A stretch of DNA of 64,000 bases from Octopus bimaculoides. Its lineage: Eukaryota. The stretch lies in contig NC_068991.1 of assembly GCF_001194135.2 (NCBI RefSeq), positions 8,752,930 to 8,816,929 on the forward strand, written 5' to 3'. The stretch's first letter is position 1. Each line of letters opens with the position of its first letter. This document shows positions 13,353 to 26,112 of this stretch, piece by piece. A model generated the notes under the pieces. That model searched no databases, was not told the origin of the DNA, and was given only the letters and a program-made list of their open reading frames with translations. Position numbers and translations under genes: made by a program.

Positions 13353-14340
13353 CTTTGTAATATATGTGTGTGTGTCTGTATAAATACACACACACAGATA
13401 TGCGCACACAAACATACTTATATGAACTGGAATGGCAGTAGATTATATCTGACTCACATTAAGCTAAGATTTTATTAAAGTGTTCACACATTATTACAAT
13501 AGAGTTTCTCAAGAGAATTACATGGAAAATGAATAACTTGTATTGCCAGAAACAGAAGGAAATCATTATCAAAAGTACTTCATTTGTATTTGTCAATATG
13601 CACTATAGTGTGGCTTGACTGTTTTATAACCAGAGATGACTGCAGACAATATAATTGTTTAATATATATATATATATANNNNNNNNNNNNNNNNNNNNNN
13701 NNNNNNNNNNNNNNNNNNNNNNNNNNNNNNNNNNNNNNNNNNNNNNNNNNNNNNNNNNNNNNNNNNNNNNNNNNNNNNNNNNNNNNNNNNNNNNNNNNNN
13801 NNNNNNNNNNNNNNNNNNNNNNNNNNNNNNNNNNNNNNNNNNNNNNNNNNNNNNNNNNNNNNNNNNNNNNNNNNNNNNNNNNNNNNNNNNNNNNNNNNNN
13901 NNNNNNNNNNNNNNNNNNNNNNNNNNNNNNNNNNNNNNNNNNNNNNNNNNNNNNNNNNNNNNNNNNNNNNNNNNNNNNNNNNNNNNNNNNNNNNNNNNNN
14001 NNNNNNNNNNNNNNNNNNNNNNNNNNNNNNNNNNNNNNNNNNNNNNNNNNNNNNNNNNNNNNNNNNNNNNNNNNNNNNNNNNNNNNNNNNNNNNNNNNNN
14101 NNNNNNNNNNNNNNNNNNNNNNNNNNNNNNNNNNNNNNNNNNNNNNNNNNNNNNNNNNNNNNNNNNNNNNNNNNNNNNNNNNNNNNNNNNNNNNNNNNNN
14201 NNNNNNNNNNNNNNNNNNNNNNNNNNNNNNNNNNNNNNNNNNNNNNNNNNNNNNNNNNNNNNNNNNNNNNNNNNNNNNNNNNNNNNNNNNNNNNNNNNNN
14301 NNNNNNNNNNNNNNNNNNNNCATATATATATATACATATA

Positions 14341-14503
14341 TACGACGGGCTTCTTTCAGTTTCCGTCTACCAAATCCACTCACAAGGCTTTGGTCAGCCC
14401 GAGGCTATAGTAAAAGACACTTGCCCAAGGTGCCACGCAGTGGGACTGAACCCGGAACTATGTGGTTGGTAAGCATGCTACTTACCACACAGCCACTCCT
14501 GCG

Positions 14504-14505
<2 letters not shown>
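14341..14505 (-). mobile_element. SINE family A, 5' half (truncated by gap)
   Basis: Reverse complement of the family A head and CORE. Confidence 0.85.
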
Positions 14506-14537
<32 letters not shown>

Positions 14538-15348
14538 ATATATGATGCAGTCATGGTTATTTGGTTCAAAAGTTCACTTCTCAAACACATGGTTTGGGGG
14601 TCAGTCTCACTTGGACAATTGCCTTCTACTATAGCTCCAGGGCAATCAATGCTTTGTGGGTAAATTTGGTAAAAGGAAACTGTGTGGAAGCACATGTTAT
14701 ACATACACAAACACACACATGCATGCACACACACGCACGAGCTATAAGGATTCATTAGAATCTCAGTACATTAACATGTGCGATACCAGAAATGGCAAGG
14801 TACAATAATACAGTGTTCACAGTGAAGTAAACAACACTGAACACAAGTGTTGGTAGGATTCTGTACATATGCAGGTACCAAATCCAATTTAAACCATAGA
14901 TCTGACTCTGGGGTGGGTCCTTGGCATGGTGTGGACATAAAATATAAACACAAATGGCATTTATATATGCATATATATATATATATATATAGTCGTTCAT
15001 CGTTTAACGTCCGCTTTCCATGCTAGCATGGGTTGGACGATTTGACTGAGGACTGGTGAAACCAGATGGCTACACCAGGCTCCAATCTGATTTGGCAGAG
15101 TTTCTACAGCTGGATGCCCTTCCTAACGCCAACCATTCAGAGAGTGTAGTGGGTGCTTTTACNNNNNNNNNNNNNNNNNNNNNNNNNNNNNNNNNNNNNN
15201 NNNNNNNNNNNNNNNNNNNNNNNNNNNNNNNNNNNNNNNNNNNNNNNNNNNNNNNNNNNNNNNNNNNNNNNNNNNNNNNNNNNNNNNNNNNNNNNNNNNN
15301 NNNNNNNNNNNNNNNNNNNNNNNNNNNNNNNNNNNNNNNNNNNNNNNN

Positions 15349-15392
<44 letters not shown>

Positions 15393-15804
15393 TTATTAAT
15401 AATAAAGAGTATGAAAACTTGTACATCCACAAAATTTATTCTATGATTTTATAAAAGCATATTATAATGACCTACACACGTTTCCATTGCAGTGACTACT
15501 CACTCTTGCAAATGCAACCTTGCATTATTGTCAGTGCAGCTTCATCAAGGTCCATTCATTGTCATCCTTGAAGTGAACTGATTGCAGTAAGTTTCTGTTA
15601 GTGTTCTGTCGGAGGTGGGACAGGGCTGTTATTTACAGGCATGTGCTGGTGACCTCAAATTCACACAGGTCAATTTCAAAATCAAGGCTGGGTCTAAAGT
15701 AGGTCAAGGTTGAGATTATTGTTTTCACAAGTCTCTTTGTTCATTTTAATGGTTGTGTATGCTTCATTTTTGATTTCGAGCGGACACACACACACATATA
15801 TATA

Positions 15805-16020
15805 TGAGGGGAATGTTTCCTGGCTTTGAATAAACGAAAATAGAAGAGGACCAGTTACTTATAATTTTATCCAACATATTCCCCTCTCAGATTCACACAC
15901 TCATTGTAGTGGTCCTTCAGTTTTTCTAAACCCTATAAAAGAACTTGGAAGGTTGGGGGGCTTCCAACCAGGCCTTTCGCAATACCCTTAAAGCCAGGAA
16001 CTTTTCAGTACCCCCTTGTG
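15805..16020. mobile_element. Mariner-like MITE
   Basis: Degenerate TIRs gaggg..ttcctggcttt / aaagccaggaacttttcagtaccccctt in a TA context. Confidence 0.55.
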
Positions 16021-16487
16021 TATACACACATATATAGATATATATATACACACAGATTGTAGTACTATTTATTTAGTGCTACTGTTGGTAATGACAGAAA
16101 AATCAAATATCTAAATAGTTCCGAAGTCTGGAATAAGTTCAAAATAGGCCTGTTCGTACTTAGCTCTGATTTGACTACATGTAATTAAAAGGTAACAAGA
16201 TAAATATCTCGTTGCTACAACAACTTCAATAGGAGTTCCAACAGTCATTGCTCACTCCTACAAACTTTGCCACTTACACTTTTGAATAAAAAAATAAAAT
16301 AAAAGTAAATAAAGAAAAAAGAAAAAAAAAGAATCAGCTGGCATCCATGAATAGAGAGTTCAACTCAACAAAGACTATAATGAACTTGGAAAAAAACTGT
16401 GTCCCACTAACAACTGGATCCAGCTCTGCAAACAGTAATTCTTTCCCAAAGTATGACTGTGACATGAAATAAGATTAACCCTTTAGC

Positions 16488-16869
16488 TGGCTGTGTGGTA
16501 AGTAGCTTGCTTACCAGCAGCATAGTTCTGGGTCCAGTCCCACTGCATGGCACCTTGGGCAAGTGTCTTCTACTATAGCCTCGGGCCGACCAAAGCCTTG
16601 TGAGTGGATTTGGTAGACGGAAACTGAAAGAAGCCCATCGTATATATGTATATATATGTATGTGTGTGTCTGTGTTTGTTCCCCCAACATCGCTTGACAA
16701 CCGATGCTGGTGTGTTTACATCCTCGTAACTTAGAGGTTCGGCAAAAAGAGACCGATAGATAAGTACTAGGCTTACAAAGAATAAGTCCTGGGGTCGATT
16801 TGCTCGACTAAAGGCGGTGCTCCAGCATGGCTGCAGTCAAATGACTGAAACAAGTAAGAGTAAAGAGTA
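16488..16869 (+). mobile_element. tRNA-derived CORE-type SINE (family A), full length
   Basis: tRNA-like head tggctgtgtggtaagtagcttgc..ggttcagtccc, CORE-like gcaccttgggcaagtg, central (TA/TG)n, and a tail ending gactgaaacaagtaa(gagta)n. Resembles recalled octopus OR-type SINEs. Confidence 0.85.
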
Positions 16870-18342
16870 TAATGGGATAGTTACAGCTGAATGCTCTACA
16901 TTATAAGATTGCTTGATCAGGGTTGATTTGAGGCTAAATAACGGACAAAAGAAATGGTATTTTGTTCATTTGAAATATTTTTATATTTCCAAGTTATGGG
17001 GTTACTGCACAAACCTGTTAACCTTCACTGACTGACTGTCATCATGAAAAGCTGGATGTCACAATTTGCTACAGCCTTATCCTCCCCTTCTGTGTCATTT
17101 TATTTGGCTTTTGTTCCTTCTTCCCTTCTTGTTCAAGTTACTGCTTGTTCACTTCCAACAGCTCAGTCTTTCAATATGACCTCTGTTCAATCTATGTATC
17201 TTTTTTTTTTTTTTTTTTTTTTTTNNNNNNNNNNNNNNNNNNNNNNNNNNNNNNNNNNNNNNNNNNNNNNNNNNNNNNNNNNNNNNNNNNNNNNNNNNNN
17301 NNNNNNNNNNNNNNNNNNNNNNNNNNNNNNNNNNNNNNNNNNNNNNNNNNNNNNNNNNNNNNNNNNNNNNNNNNNNNNNNNNNNNNNNNNNNNNNNNNNN
17401 NNNNNNNNNNNNNNNNNNNNNNNNNNNNNNNNNNNNNNNNNNNNNNNNNNNNNNNNNNNNNNNNNNNNNNNNNNNNNNNNNNNNNNNNNNNNNNNNNNNN
17501 NNNNNNNNNNNNNNNNNNNNNNNNNNNNNNNNNNNNNNNNNNNNNNNNNNNNNNNNNNNNNNNNNNNNNNNNNNNNNNNNNNNNNNNNNNNNNNNNNNNN
17601 NNNNNNNNNNNNNNNNNNNNNNNNNNNNNNNNNNNNNNNNNNNNNNNNNNNNNNNNNNNNNNNNNNNNNNNNNNNNNNNNNNNNNNNNNNNNNNNNNNNN
17701 NNNNNNNNNNNNNNNNNNNNNNNNNNNNNNNNNNNNNNNNNNNNNNNNNNNNNNNNNNNNNNNNNNNNNNNNNNNNNNNNNNNNNNNNNNNNNNNNNNNN
17801 NNNNNNNNNNNNNNNNNNNNNNNNNNNNNNNNNNNNNNNNNNNNNNNNNNNNNNNNNNNNNNNNNNNNNNNNNNNNNNNNNNNNNNNNNNNNNNNNNNNN
17901 NNNNNNNNNNNNNNNNNNNNNNNNNNNNNNNNNNNNNNNNNNNNNNNNNNNNNNNNNNNNNNNNNNNNNNNNNNNNNNNNNNNNNNNNNNNNNNNACATA
18001 AAGACACAGGAAATGTGTCAAGGCCGACAGGAAGCGGTGCAGCTTCCTAGGTCTAACCAACAGTAGTATTATTCCCTTCAGGGGACTGTCACATTAAGTT
18101 GACAGCATACAACTATTTCATCATCATCATTGTTTTAAAATCTACTTTTCTATGCTTGTGTCAGCTGGACAGAGTTTATTGCAGCAGATTTTCTACAGCT
18201 GGGTGCCCTTCCTGTTGCCAACCCTTACCTGTTTCCAAGCAAAGTAAAATTTTGCTATGGTTAGACACATTTTAGCAGAATATTGGAAATGAATGACGTT
18301 CATTTACGACAATCATGTAATGTCAAAACAAGGAGACACAGG

Positions 18343-18378
<36 letters not shown>

Positions 18379-19558
18379 TGTACAGGCTTCTTTTAGTTTC
18401 CATCAACCAAATCCATTTACATGTTACAAAGTCTAGGATGTGAGAAACTACAAAGAGGAGAAAAGATTGGTGTAACAAGAACATTTAGGTAGCAGGGGGT
18501 CATATATGTGCATTCCACAAGTTCAATGGGACAATTGTAACAGGATGGAGAAGTTGAAATATGAAAAAAAAAATTATCAAGTACCTAAAATGTTTCCTAA
18601 GGATATTGTTGTGCAGACCTATGAGTAAAGGCATTCCAATCATGACCATCCCATCTTTTTTTTCCCCCCTAGGTATAGTGTTTTATGTAGACTACATTAT
18701 CCAATGCATCTTTTTTGTAAGATCATTATGGTGTTACCCTTTAGCAATTTAGATTACTCAGCCAAATGTAATGTTTGTTTATTTAAATTGTTTTTAATTA
18801 ACCATGCATTATCCCATCTTTGAGATTTCAATGATGAGACTGTTTATTTTTAAAATGACATTATAGGGGAGGTTTGAGAGGCAGGATATGACCAGTTTGA
18901 ACATACAACAGGCAGAGTATTTGGGCCAAATCTGGCTGGTTTGAATATACAATGGGCAGAATATTTGGGGCCAGGTTGGTTTAAACATAAAACAGGTAGC
19001 ATATTTGGATCAGATCTAGCTGGTGTAGGGTCAAGGAAGATTTAACTGCTATTTTTAGCAGATAAAGTAACTATGTAAATGCTCAGTCACTGACACGTAC
19101 AAGGATGTGGTTAGTCCATTTTGGCATCCTTGAAAACTACATAAAACTGGATTGTTGTGCTTGTACAGAACAATAGTATTCAGGAAGTTATGTACAAGTA
19201 GAGATAATTGTCTTGCTTAAGGCCATAAAACAATATCTAAAAGAGGATGTTGAAACTTTACATAGATACTAATAGTTTGAAAACTTATCAATATATCTCA
19301 TTCAGAAATATTTGAAAGCAATTTTTTTTTTTTCATTTTGTCTTTTTTTTTTTCCATGTATGCCGCAAATCCTCCATAATGTAATTGCTAGCAGGCACGA
19401 GTATGTAGTTAAGAAGCTGGTTTTGCAATCATGTGGTTTCACATTCAGGTCCCACTGCACAGCATCTTGGCCCTTCTACTACAGCCCTGCATTGACCAAT
19501 GCCTTATGAGTGAATATGGTGGACAGAAACTGAGCTGAAGTATCTCTCACAAACATAC

Positions 19559-19595
<37 letters not shown>

Positions 19596-19597
<2 letters not shown>

Positions 19598-19793
19598 CGT
19601 AGGAGTGGCTGTGTGGTAAGTAGCTTGCTTACCAGCCACATGGGTTCCAGGTTCAGTCCCACTGCGTGGCACCTTGGGCAAGTGTCTTCTACTATAGCCT
19701 CGGGCCGACCAAAGCCTTGTGAGTGGATTTGGTAGACGGAAACTGAAAGAAGCCCGTCGTATACATATATGTGTGTGTGTCTGTATATTTGTG
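19596..19793 (+). mobile_element. SINE family A, 5' half (truncated by gap)
   Basis: ggcgtaggagtggctgtgtggtaagtagc...gaagcccgtcgtata. Confidence 0.85.
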
Positions 19794-20068
19794 NNNNNNN
19801 NNNNNNNNNNNNNNNNNNNNNNNNNNNNNNNNNNNNNNNNNNNNNNNNNNNNNNNNNNNNNNNNNNNNNNNNNNNNNNNNNNNNNNNNNNNNNNNNNNNN
19901 NNNNNNNNNNNNNNNNNNNNNNNNNNNNNNNNNNNNNNNNNNNNNNNNNNNNNNNNNNNNNNNNNNNNNNNNNNNNNNNNNNNNNNNNNNNNNNNNNNNN
20001 NNNNNNNNNNNNNNNNNNNNNNNNNNNNNNNNNNNNNNNNNNNNNNNNNNNNNNNNNNNNNNNNNNNN

Positions 20069-20115
<47 letters not shown>

Positions 20116-20326
20116 GTATGTGTGTGTGTGCGGTTTGAAATAATACAAAGAATGAAAGACAGGTGAGAGAACAACAAACAAGAATTATTAGTTTGACGCT
20201 CAGGGAAAAATGGAAGTCTAAATTTTAAGAGAACTTCATCAAAGAGGTCTTTGCACATTACTCAATATATGGAAGGGTTACTTAAGTTACATTCATGTGG
20301 ATGCTAAATGCATTCAAAAAGAATAC

Positions 20327-20409
20327 CCAAGAATTATATTCAACTTCTAGTTTTGGCTGCATCGATAGTTCATCAGATCCTTCGTTCTGGTATTTATCCT
20401 GGTGAATTG
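20327..20409 (-). CDS. Candidate 83-nt minus-strand exon (xIHQDKYQNEGSDELSMQPKLEVEYNSW)
   Basis: Acceptor tatatctttctcag|, donor TGG|gtattc. Only the phase-1 frame is open. No homology recognised. Confidence 0.2.
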
Positions 20410-21329
20410 CTGAGAAAGATATAGAATGAAGAGAGAGTATTTGGGGAGAGATTGACTGAAGACCAAAAGAGAGAGGTTGAAGGATGACAGAGAGAGAGAG
20501 TGAATGTGACTGAAGACAGAAACAAAGAGAGGGTAATGAGAGAGAGAGAGAGAGAACGAGAGAGAGAGCGATTGAAGTCAGACTGAGAAAGCAGGAAAAA
20601 GTGTGTGTGTGTGTGTGTGTGTGTGTGAGACTATGTTTGATGTAATTTTTTTAGTTCAACATTAAGTGCAATAATTATGTCTAAGAAATTTAATTAGTAA
20701 TCTAATATAGGTGTGTGTCAGAGAGAAAGAGGGAGGGAGAGTGGGGGTGAGGGAGATACTGGACAAAGTATAACTGATATAATCAAGTCCAAGAGAGGGA
20801 AGAGCAAAAAAAGAAACGATAGTTGGTAACATAATTAATTAAAAATGTTGGAATTTCTGAGTCACTATCAGCATTCAGAGCAAAGCAAGGGATTTAGTTA
20901 CTAAATCAGTGAACAAGGAAGTGCAAAGACTTAAGGGAGCTTTGATTTATCAAGCTAGTAATACTGAGGATGATAAAATAGGTCTGATGGGAATTCAATA
21001 CAGATTATGCAGCAGATTGGTATGTCTAACGATATTTAGTCATGACCTCTCCATATTCTGAGGTCAGCTTTGCTATTCATTCCTCTGGGGTTGATAACAA
21101 AAAGGTACCAGTCAAGCACTGAAGTCAAGTTTATATTCTTCCGGGGATGCAAAATCAAATTATATTGGGTCCTCAGATAAATTTGTTCATTTCTTTCCAA
21201 AGTTATTTGAATTTGCACAAAAAATATTTTTGTGTATTTTTCCTCGACAACTTTTGTTTGTTTTTGAAATTTGAATAAATTTTTATCGCTTTTCAGTGCA
21301 AAGTATAAAAAAAAAGAAAAAAAAAGAGC

Positions 21330-21590
21330 ATTTTCAACATCTGCTTCTTTTTGCTTTCCGACCAAAGTTCCAAAGTTGCTGAAGCCATGCAAGATATTTG
21401 TGATGTCACTGAAAGAACTGCAGAGAAATGGTTCCCATGCTTCCAGAAGGGAAATTCGACCTTGCAGACATTTTGCATTCCTGCCGACTTATTTAGTCCA
21501 ACGAGGATTGACTGAAATGAGCTCACCCATGAGGAAGTTGTGCCAATCCACAAGGAAATTAGCCTAGCAGATGGGATGCTTTTGTGGTAC
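21330..21590 (+). mobile_element. Mariner transposase N-terminal (HTH) fragment, pseudogenised
   Basis: FQHLLLFAF..., DICDV.TERTAEKWFPCFQKGN... and a downstream STRKLA resemble the mariner N-terminus RHCLLFAF..DICDVYG..ERTAR.WF.RFK.GNFDL..TTRELA. Confidence 0.75.
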
Positions 21591-23526
21591 CTTCCCTCAA
21601 TGAGTGAGTTCCAATCAACCTAAACACCAACACAGCACGCTTCTTCAACATGGCAAAGCTCACTTGCCACATTGCTAATTTCACCAAAAATGCTATTAGT
21701 TCAGAGGTTCTATTGCACCCACTGTATTCTCTTGGTATAACACCTTCAGATTATCACCTTTTTCAGTTATTCTAGGCATTTTGTTCAACAATATGGGGCC
21801 AAAAATTTGGTTCAATGAATTCTTTGAGTCAAGATCCAGCGATTTCTACTGGGTTTTGACTCAGAGAATCAAGTGATTCTGAGAATTGTGAGTCTCACTG
21901 AGAATCAAGAAGTGAACAATGAAGGAGAATATGTTATTGACTGATTTCCTGTATTTGTTTCAGTTATTAGACTGCGACCATGCTGGGGCACCACCTTGAA
22001 GAATTTTTAGTTGAACAGATCAACCCCAGTACTTCTTTTTTAAGCCTGGTAATTATTCTATCAGTCTCTTTTGCTGATCTGCTACACTATGGGAATGTAA
22101 ACAAACCAATACCGGTTGGCAAGTGGTGGTGGAAGACAAACACAGGTACAAAGACACACACACACACACGTGCGGACTAGAACAATAGAATGATTGCGTT
22201 ACAGAATTAATTCTCATACGTCCTTAGCGTCTGATCAAACACCATCAGGCATATAGTTGCTATAAACGTATTATAGTCATGCTATTTAGTTCCCTTTAGT
22301 TTTGGGTCGCAGGACCAATTAGCACTCTGCAGGAATGAGCTTAAAATTAAATGTGAAGCTTGACTTAAATCTGAGTGACCCTTCACTGGCAAGGTATAGC
22401 TGTATGGTTAACAGGTTCACTCAGTAACCACTTTTTAGTTCAAACCCATGCACGGTGCCTTGAGCAAATGTTAACTATTATAGGGAACCCCAAGGTAGTG
22501 AACTGGCAGAATTGTTACTGCACTGGGCAAAATGCTAAGTGGCATTTCGTTTGTCTCTACATTCCGAGTTCAAATTCCACTGAGGTCAACTTTGCCTTTC
22601 ATCCTTTCAAGGTTGATAAAATAAGTACCAGTCGAGCACTGGGGTCGATGTAATCACCTTATCCCCTCCCCCGAAATTGCTGGCCTCGTGCCAACATTTG
22701 AAATCATTATAGAGAACCCCGTTCATGCAAGAGTTATAAGTCTTTGCACAGTGCACAGAGAAGCTACTGAAGTTTTTAGCAGATGGTTCAAGACAGCCAG
22801 TGCCTTGAGAGTAAATTTGGTAAGACAGAATGTGTGTGGAAGCTTGACATGTGTGTGTTTGTGTCACTACCTGACAACCGGTGTTGGTTTGACTACATCA
22901 CTACAGCAGCTGAGCTGTTTGTCCCAGAGGGACCGATGGAATAAGTAGCACATTTAAAATATGGACTAGGGTCTATGTGACCGACCAAATCCTTAAAGGT
23001 GGTGTCCCAGCACACCTGCAGTTCAATGACCAAAACCATTAAAAAATTAGTTATACATGAATACAAACATTAATATACACACATGTATGTGTATATAATT
23101 ATACATTTGTATATATACATGTGCATATGTACGTGTGTAAATAAATATATATATATATAATTTATTGGTTAGTGTAGTCTTAGATACACAATGTAAAAGT
23201 AATACCTTTGACAGTAAGTCTGCTCGTGAGCTTCGTCCTGGGGTTAAACAACATTAACAGGCTAAACAAATGATTACTTATCGCAACAGCGTGTAGTACA
23301 CACAAATATTTTATCTTTTGTATTTCAGTTGAAAAGTTATGTCTTGTCATCTTTTATCTTTCGAGACATTTTATAACAAACGTCTACTATTAATTGACGG
23401 GCTGTTTACGTTACGTTACGCTGAGATCAGCAACAAAGAAAATGCCCTCTCAGTACTTATGAATGGGACAGCGAAATAGGGTGTTGCATTAAGCAGGTTA
23501 AAGTGACTTGCACAAAAGCACCTTTT

Positions 23527-23805
23527 ATTGGCTGCTTGCGTTAGCAATCATGTGACTGGCGAGTATGCTAATTTCCTTGACTGCTGTATCAGTAATCATG
23601 TGACTGTTATAGTAGCTCAGCTCCCTTAACTGCCAGCTGTATTAGCAGTCATGTGACTGCTTAGTACAAGCAAGTCATATGACAAGCGTAGAAGCTCCCA
23701 TCATTGGTAGATTTATTAGTAGTCATGTGACTACTTGGTACTAGCAAGTCATATGATAAGCGTAGAAGCCCTCATCATTGGTAGATTTATTAGTAGCCAT
23801 GTAAC
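23527..23805. promoter_or_regulatory. Cluster of M-box/E-box (TCATGTGA) and CCAAT motifs; candidate promoter or enhancer
   Basis: TCATGTGA at 23548, 23596, 23649 and 23723; GTCATATGA at 23674 and 23748; ATTGG at 23527, 23703 and 23777; 74-bp tandem duplication; adjacent CpG-retaining 23200-23560. Confidence 0.45.
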
Positions 23806-25190
23806 TAATGTGCAAGTTTTATTTTATACGAATTATGAAGCAGGGATCTCAGTAGACTACTTGAGTTTTGTAAATACGTCCAGAAAACCCATTATATAAA
23901 CGTTTGCTTCCAGATCTACAATATTTGGAAGATATTGAATATCTGTCTGGAAAACATCACATCCATTTTTTATTTTTTCGTCATGCACATCACACTAAGC
24001 AAATGAGAATTGTGACCACACAGACCATTGTTGTCCAGTAAACTCATCAGCATTTTTATTGAAATTTCAAGGTAAATTTAAATAAACATCACGAGGTGTT
24101 TTATGCTGTTCTGTAGAAATTCAGAGGAATTAGCAGTGAATATTTTCAGGTGAAAAAAAGTTTTGTATGATGTGACGTACATTACACTTTTTAGATCAAA
24201 ACGAAAATACTTGCCTGGGTAGTCAAAATTTACTGTGGAAAATCAATCAATGCAATACTTAAAAATCTACAGCTTGGATATTCTTAATTTGAGCCTGTCA
24301 TGTACGTTACGTGAGAAATGGCCCTTTGTAAAATTTTCTGAGCCTGGGTTTGCACCTCCTAAGCAAATTTTGTTCCTGAGCCAGTGATCACGTGATGTCT
24401 AGACCTTTAGCTTTCGGATTACTCTGTCAAATGTGATGCTTATTCACAATGTTTTGAATGACTCGTACATTATCTCAAAGCTTCAAGATTCAAATGATGT
24501 AATTGTTTATATTTAGGATGACATTGTAGGGTAGGTGTGAGAGGCTGGATCTGACCAATTCAAACATAGAACAAATAGAAAATTTGGGTCAGATATGGTC
24601 ACTTTAAATACTAAAGGACTAGATAAGAGCCCCCCCCCCACACACACATATATACATAGCAAGCTTCTTACAGTTTCCATCAATCAAATCCACTGACCCC
24701 AAGAAAATAAGCTTGGAAAGCAAACTTCTCAACCACACAACCATACTGGCATCTTCATTTGGTAATACATTAATTAATTATATCTGATTATCCTCTATAT
24801 GGCAACAAGTAGTTTTCTGTTTGCAGTTAGCTAGATCAGGTTATCAAAGCCTTCTAAATGAAATTTGGTTGTGTGTTGAAGGCCGCCAGAAGGACCGTTC
24901 CAGTTCCCGTTCTCAGGTGCAATGCTTGGCTTTTGTCTTTTTGGTGTCTACTCTGTTGCAAGCATTCAGGGGATCTGATCTGAGGATAACACCCTCCTTT
25001 CTTCCTGCAATCTCAAAGAGCCCTCGAGGGGTAAATCATGGGTGGTGCTATTCTTCCTTTAACTAAGCCATTTAAATAAAATAAAAGCCATTAAAGTACA
25101 AAGTTACATGTTTTAACCATGAACACAATTGTGGAGCATTGGGCACTCCAGCTAAACCAACAGGAACCAACCTTTTAACAACTCTACTTA

Positions 25191-25450
25191 TTCCACAAGT
25201 ATCCACCACAATTAGAGCTCAGCACTTCTTTGCGCAGCTGTCCTCATCCATACGCATCACATGACCGAACCAGCGCAGCATGTGCAAGAGAGAAGACTGC
25301 TCCGGTTTGGTCGTGTGATGCATATGGATGAGGACAGCTGTGCAAAGAAATGCTGAGCTCTAATTGTGGAGAGTACCTGTGGAAGGGGTAGACCCAGGAA
25401 GGCATGGGATGAAATGGTGAGAAAGGATCTTTGGATAAAGGGCCTCACCA
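25191..25450. mobile_element. RTE-clade LINE 3' ORF fragment plus an inverted partial copy (fold-back)
   Basis: Plus strand reads QERRLLRFGRVMHMDEDSCAKKC.ALIVESTCGRGRPRKAWDEMVRKDL, an RTE C-terminal motif. 25191-25278 is the reverse complement of 25297-25384 with scattered substitutions. Confidence 0.8.
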
Positions 25451-25696
25451 AGGAAATGACTTGATAAGACATGTCAAGCTAAGTAAAATCCACACATACA
25501 AGCTTGCTCTTTCAGGTATCAGTACCACATAAAAAGCACCCAGCATACACTCTGTTAAGTGGTTGGTGGTAGGAAAAGCATCCAGCCGCAGAAACCATGC
25601 CACAACAAACAATTGGAGTCTGGACAGCTCCCAGCTGTCCAGCTCCATGTCAAACTGTCCAACTCATACCAGCATGGCATGGTGATGAAATGACAT

Positions 25697-25912
25697 TCTT
25701 TTATTCTATTACTGGTTTCAGTCATTTGACTGTGGCCATGCTGGAGCACCGCCTTTAGTTGAATGAATCGACCCAAGAACTTATTTGCTGTAAGCCTAGT
25801 ACTTATTCTATTGGTCTTTTTAGCTGAGCCGCTAATTTACGGGGACGTAAACACACCAACACTGGTTGTCAAGCGATTGTGGGGGTGGGGGAAAACAGAC
25901 ACACAAACACGC

Positions 25913-25955
<43 letters not shown>

Positions 25956-26112
25956 CGATGGGCTTCTTTCAGTCTCTGTCTACCAAATCCACTCACAAGG
26001 TTTTGGTCAGCCCGAGGCTATAGAAGACACTTGCCCAAGGTGCCACGCAGTGAGACTGAACCTGGAATCATATGGTTGTGGAGCAAGCTTCTTACCACAC
26101 AGCTACACCTGC
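25697..26112 (-). mobile_element. SINE family A, full length
   Basis: Reverse complement of head, CORE, microsatellite and tail. Confidence 0.85.

Noticed and set aside
16488-16560. tRNA genes
   Set aside because: The tRNA-like A/B boxes are SINE heads; no complete cloverleaf was found.
22205-22250. Possible C/D box snoRNA (ATGATT...CTGA)
   Set aside because: Imperfect C box, too short, and no terminal stem or recognisable guide.
24850-25040. Minus-strand reading with in-frame TGA (HCT*ERELERSFW) as a possible selenoprotein or PA domain
   Set aside because: No match to selenoprotein motif contexts, no convincing splice sites and no SECIS seen.
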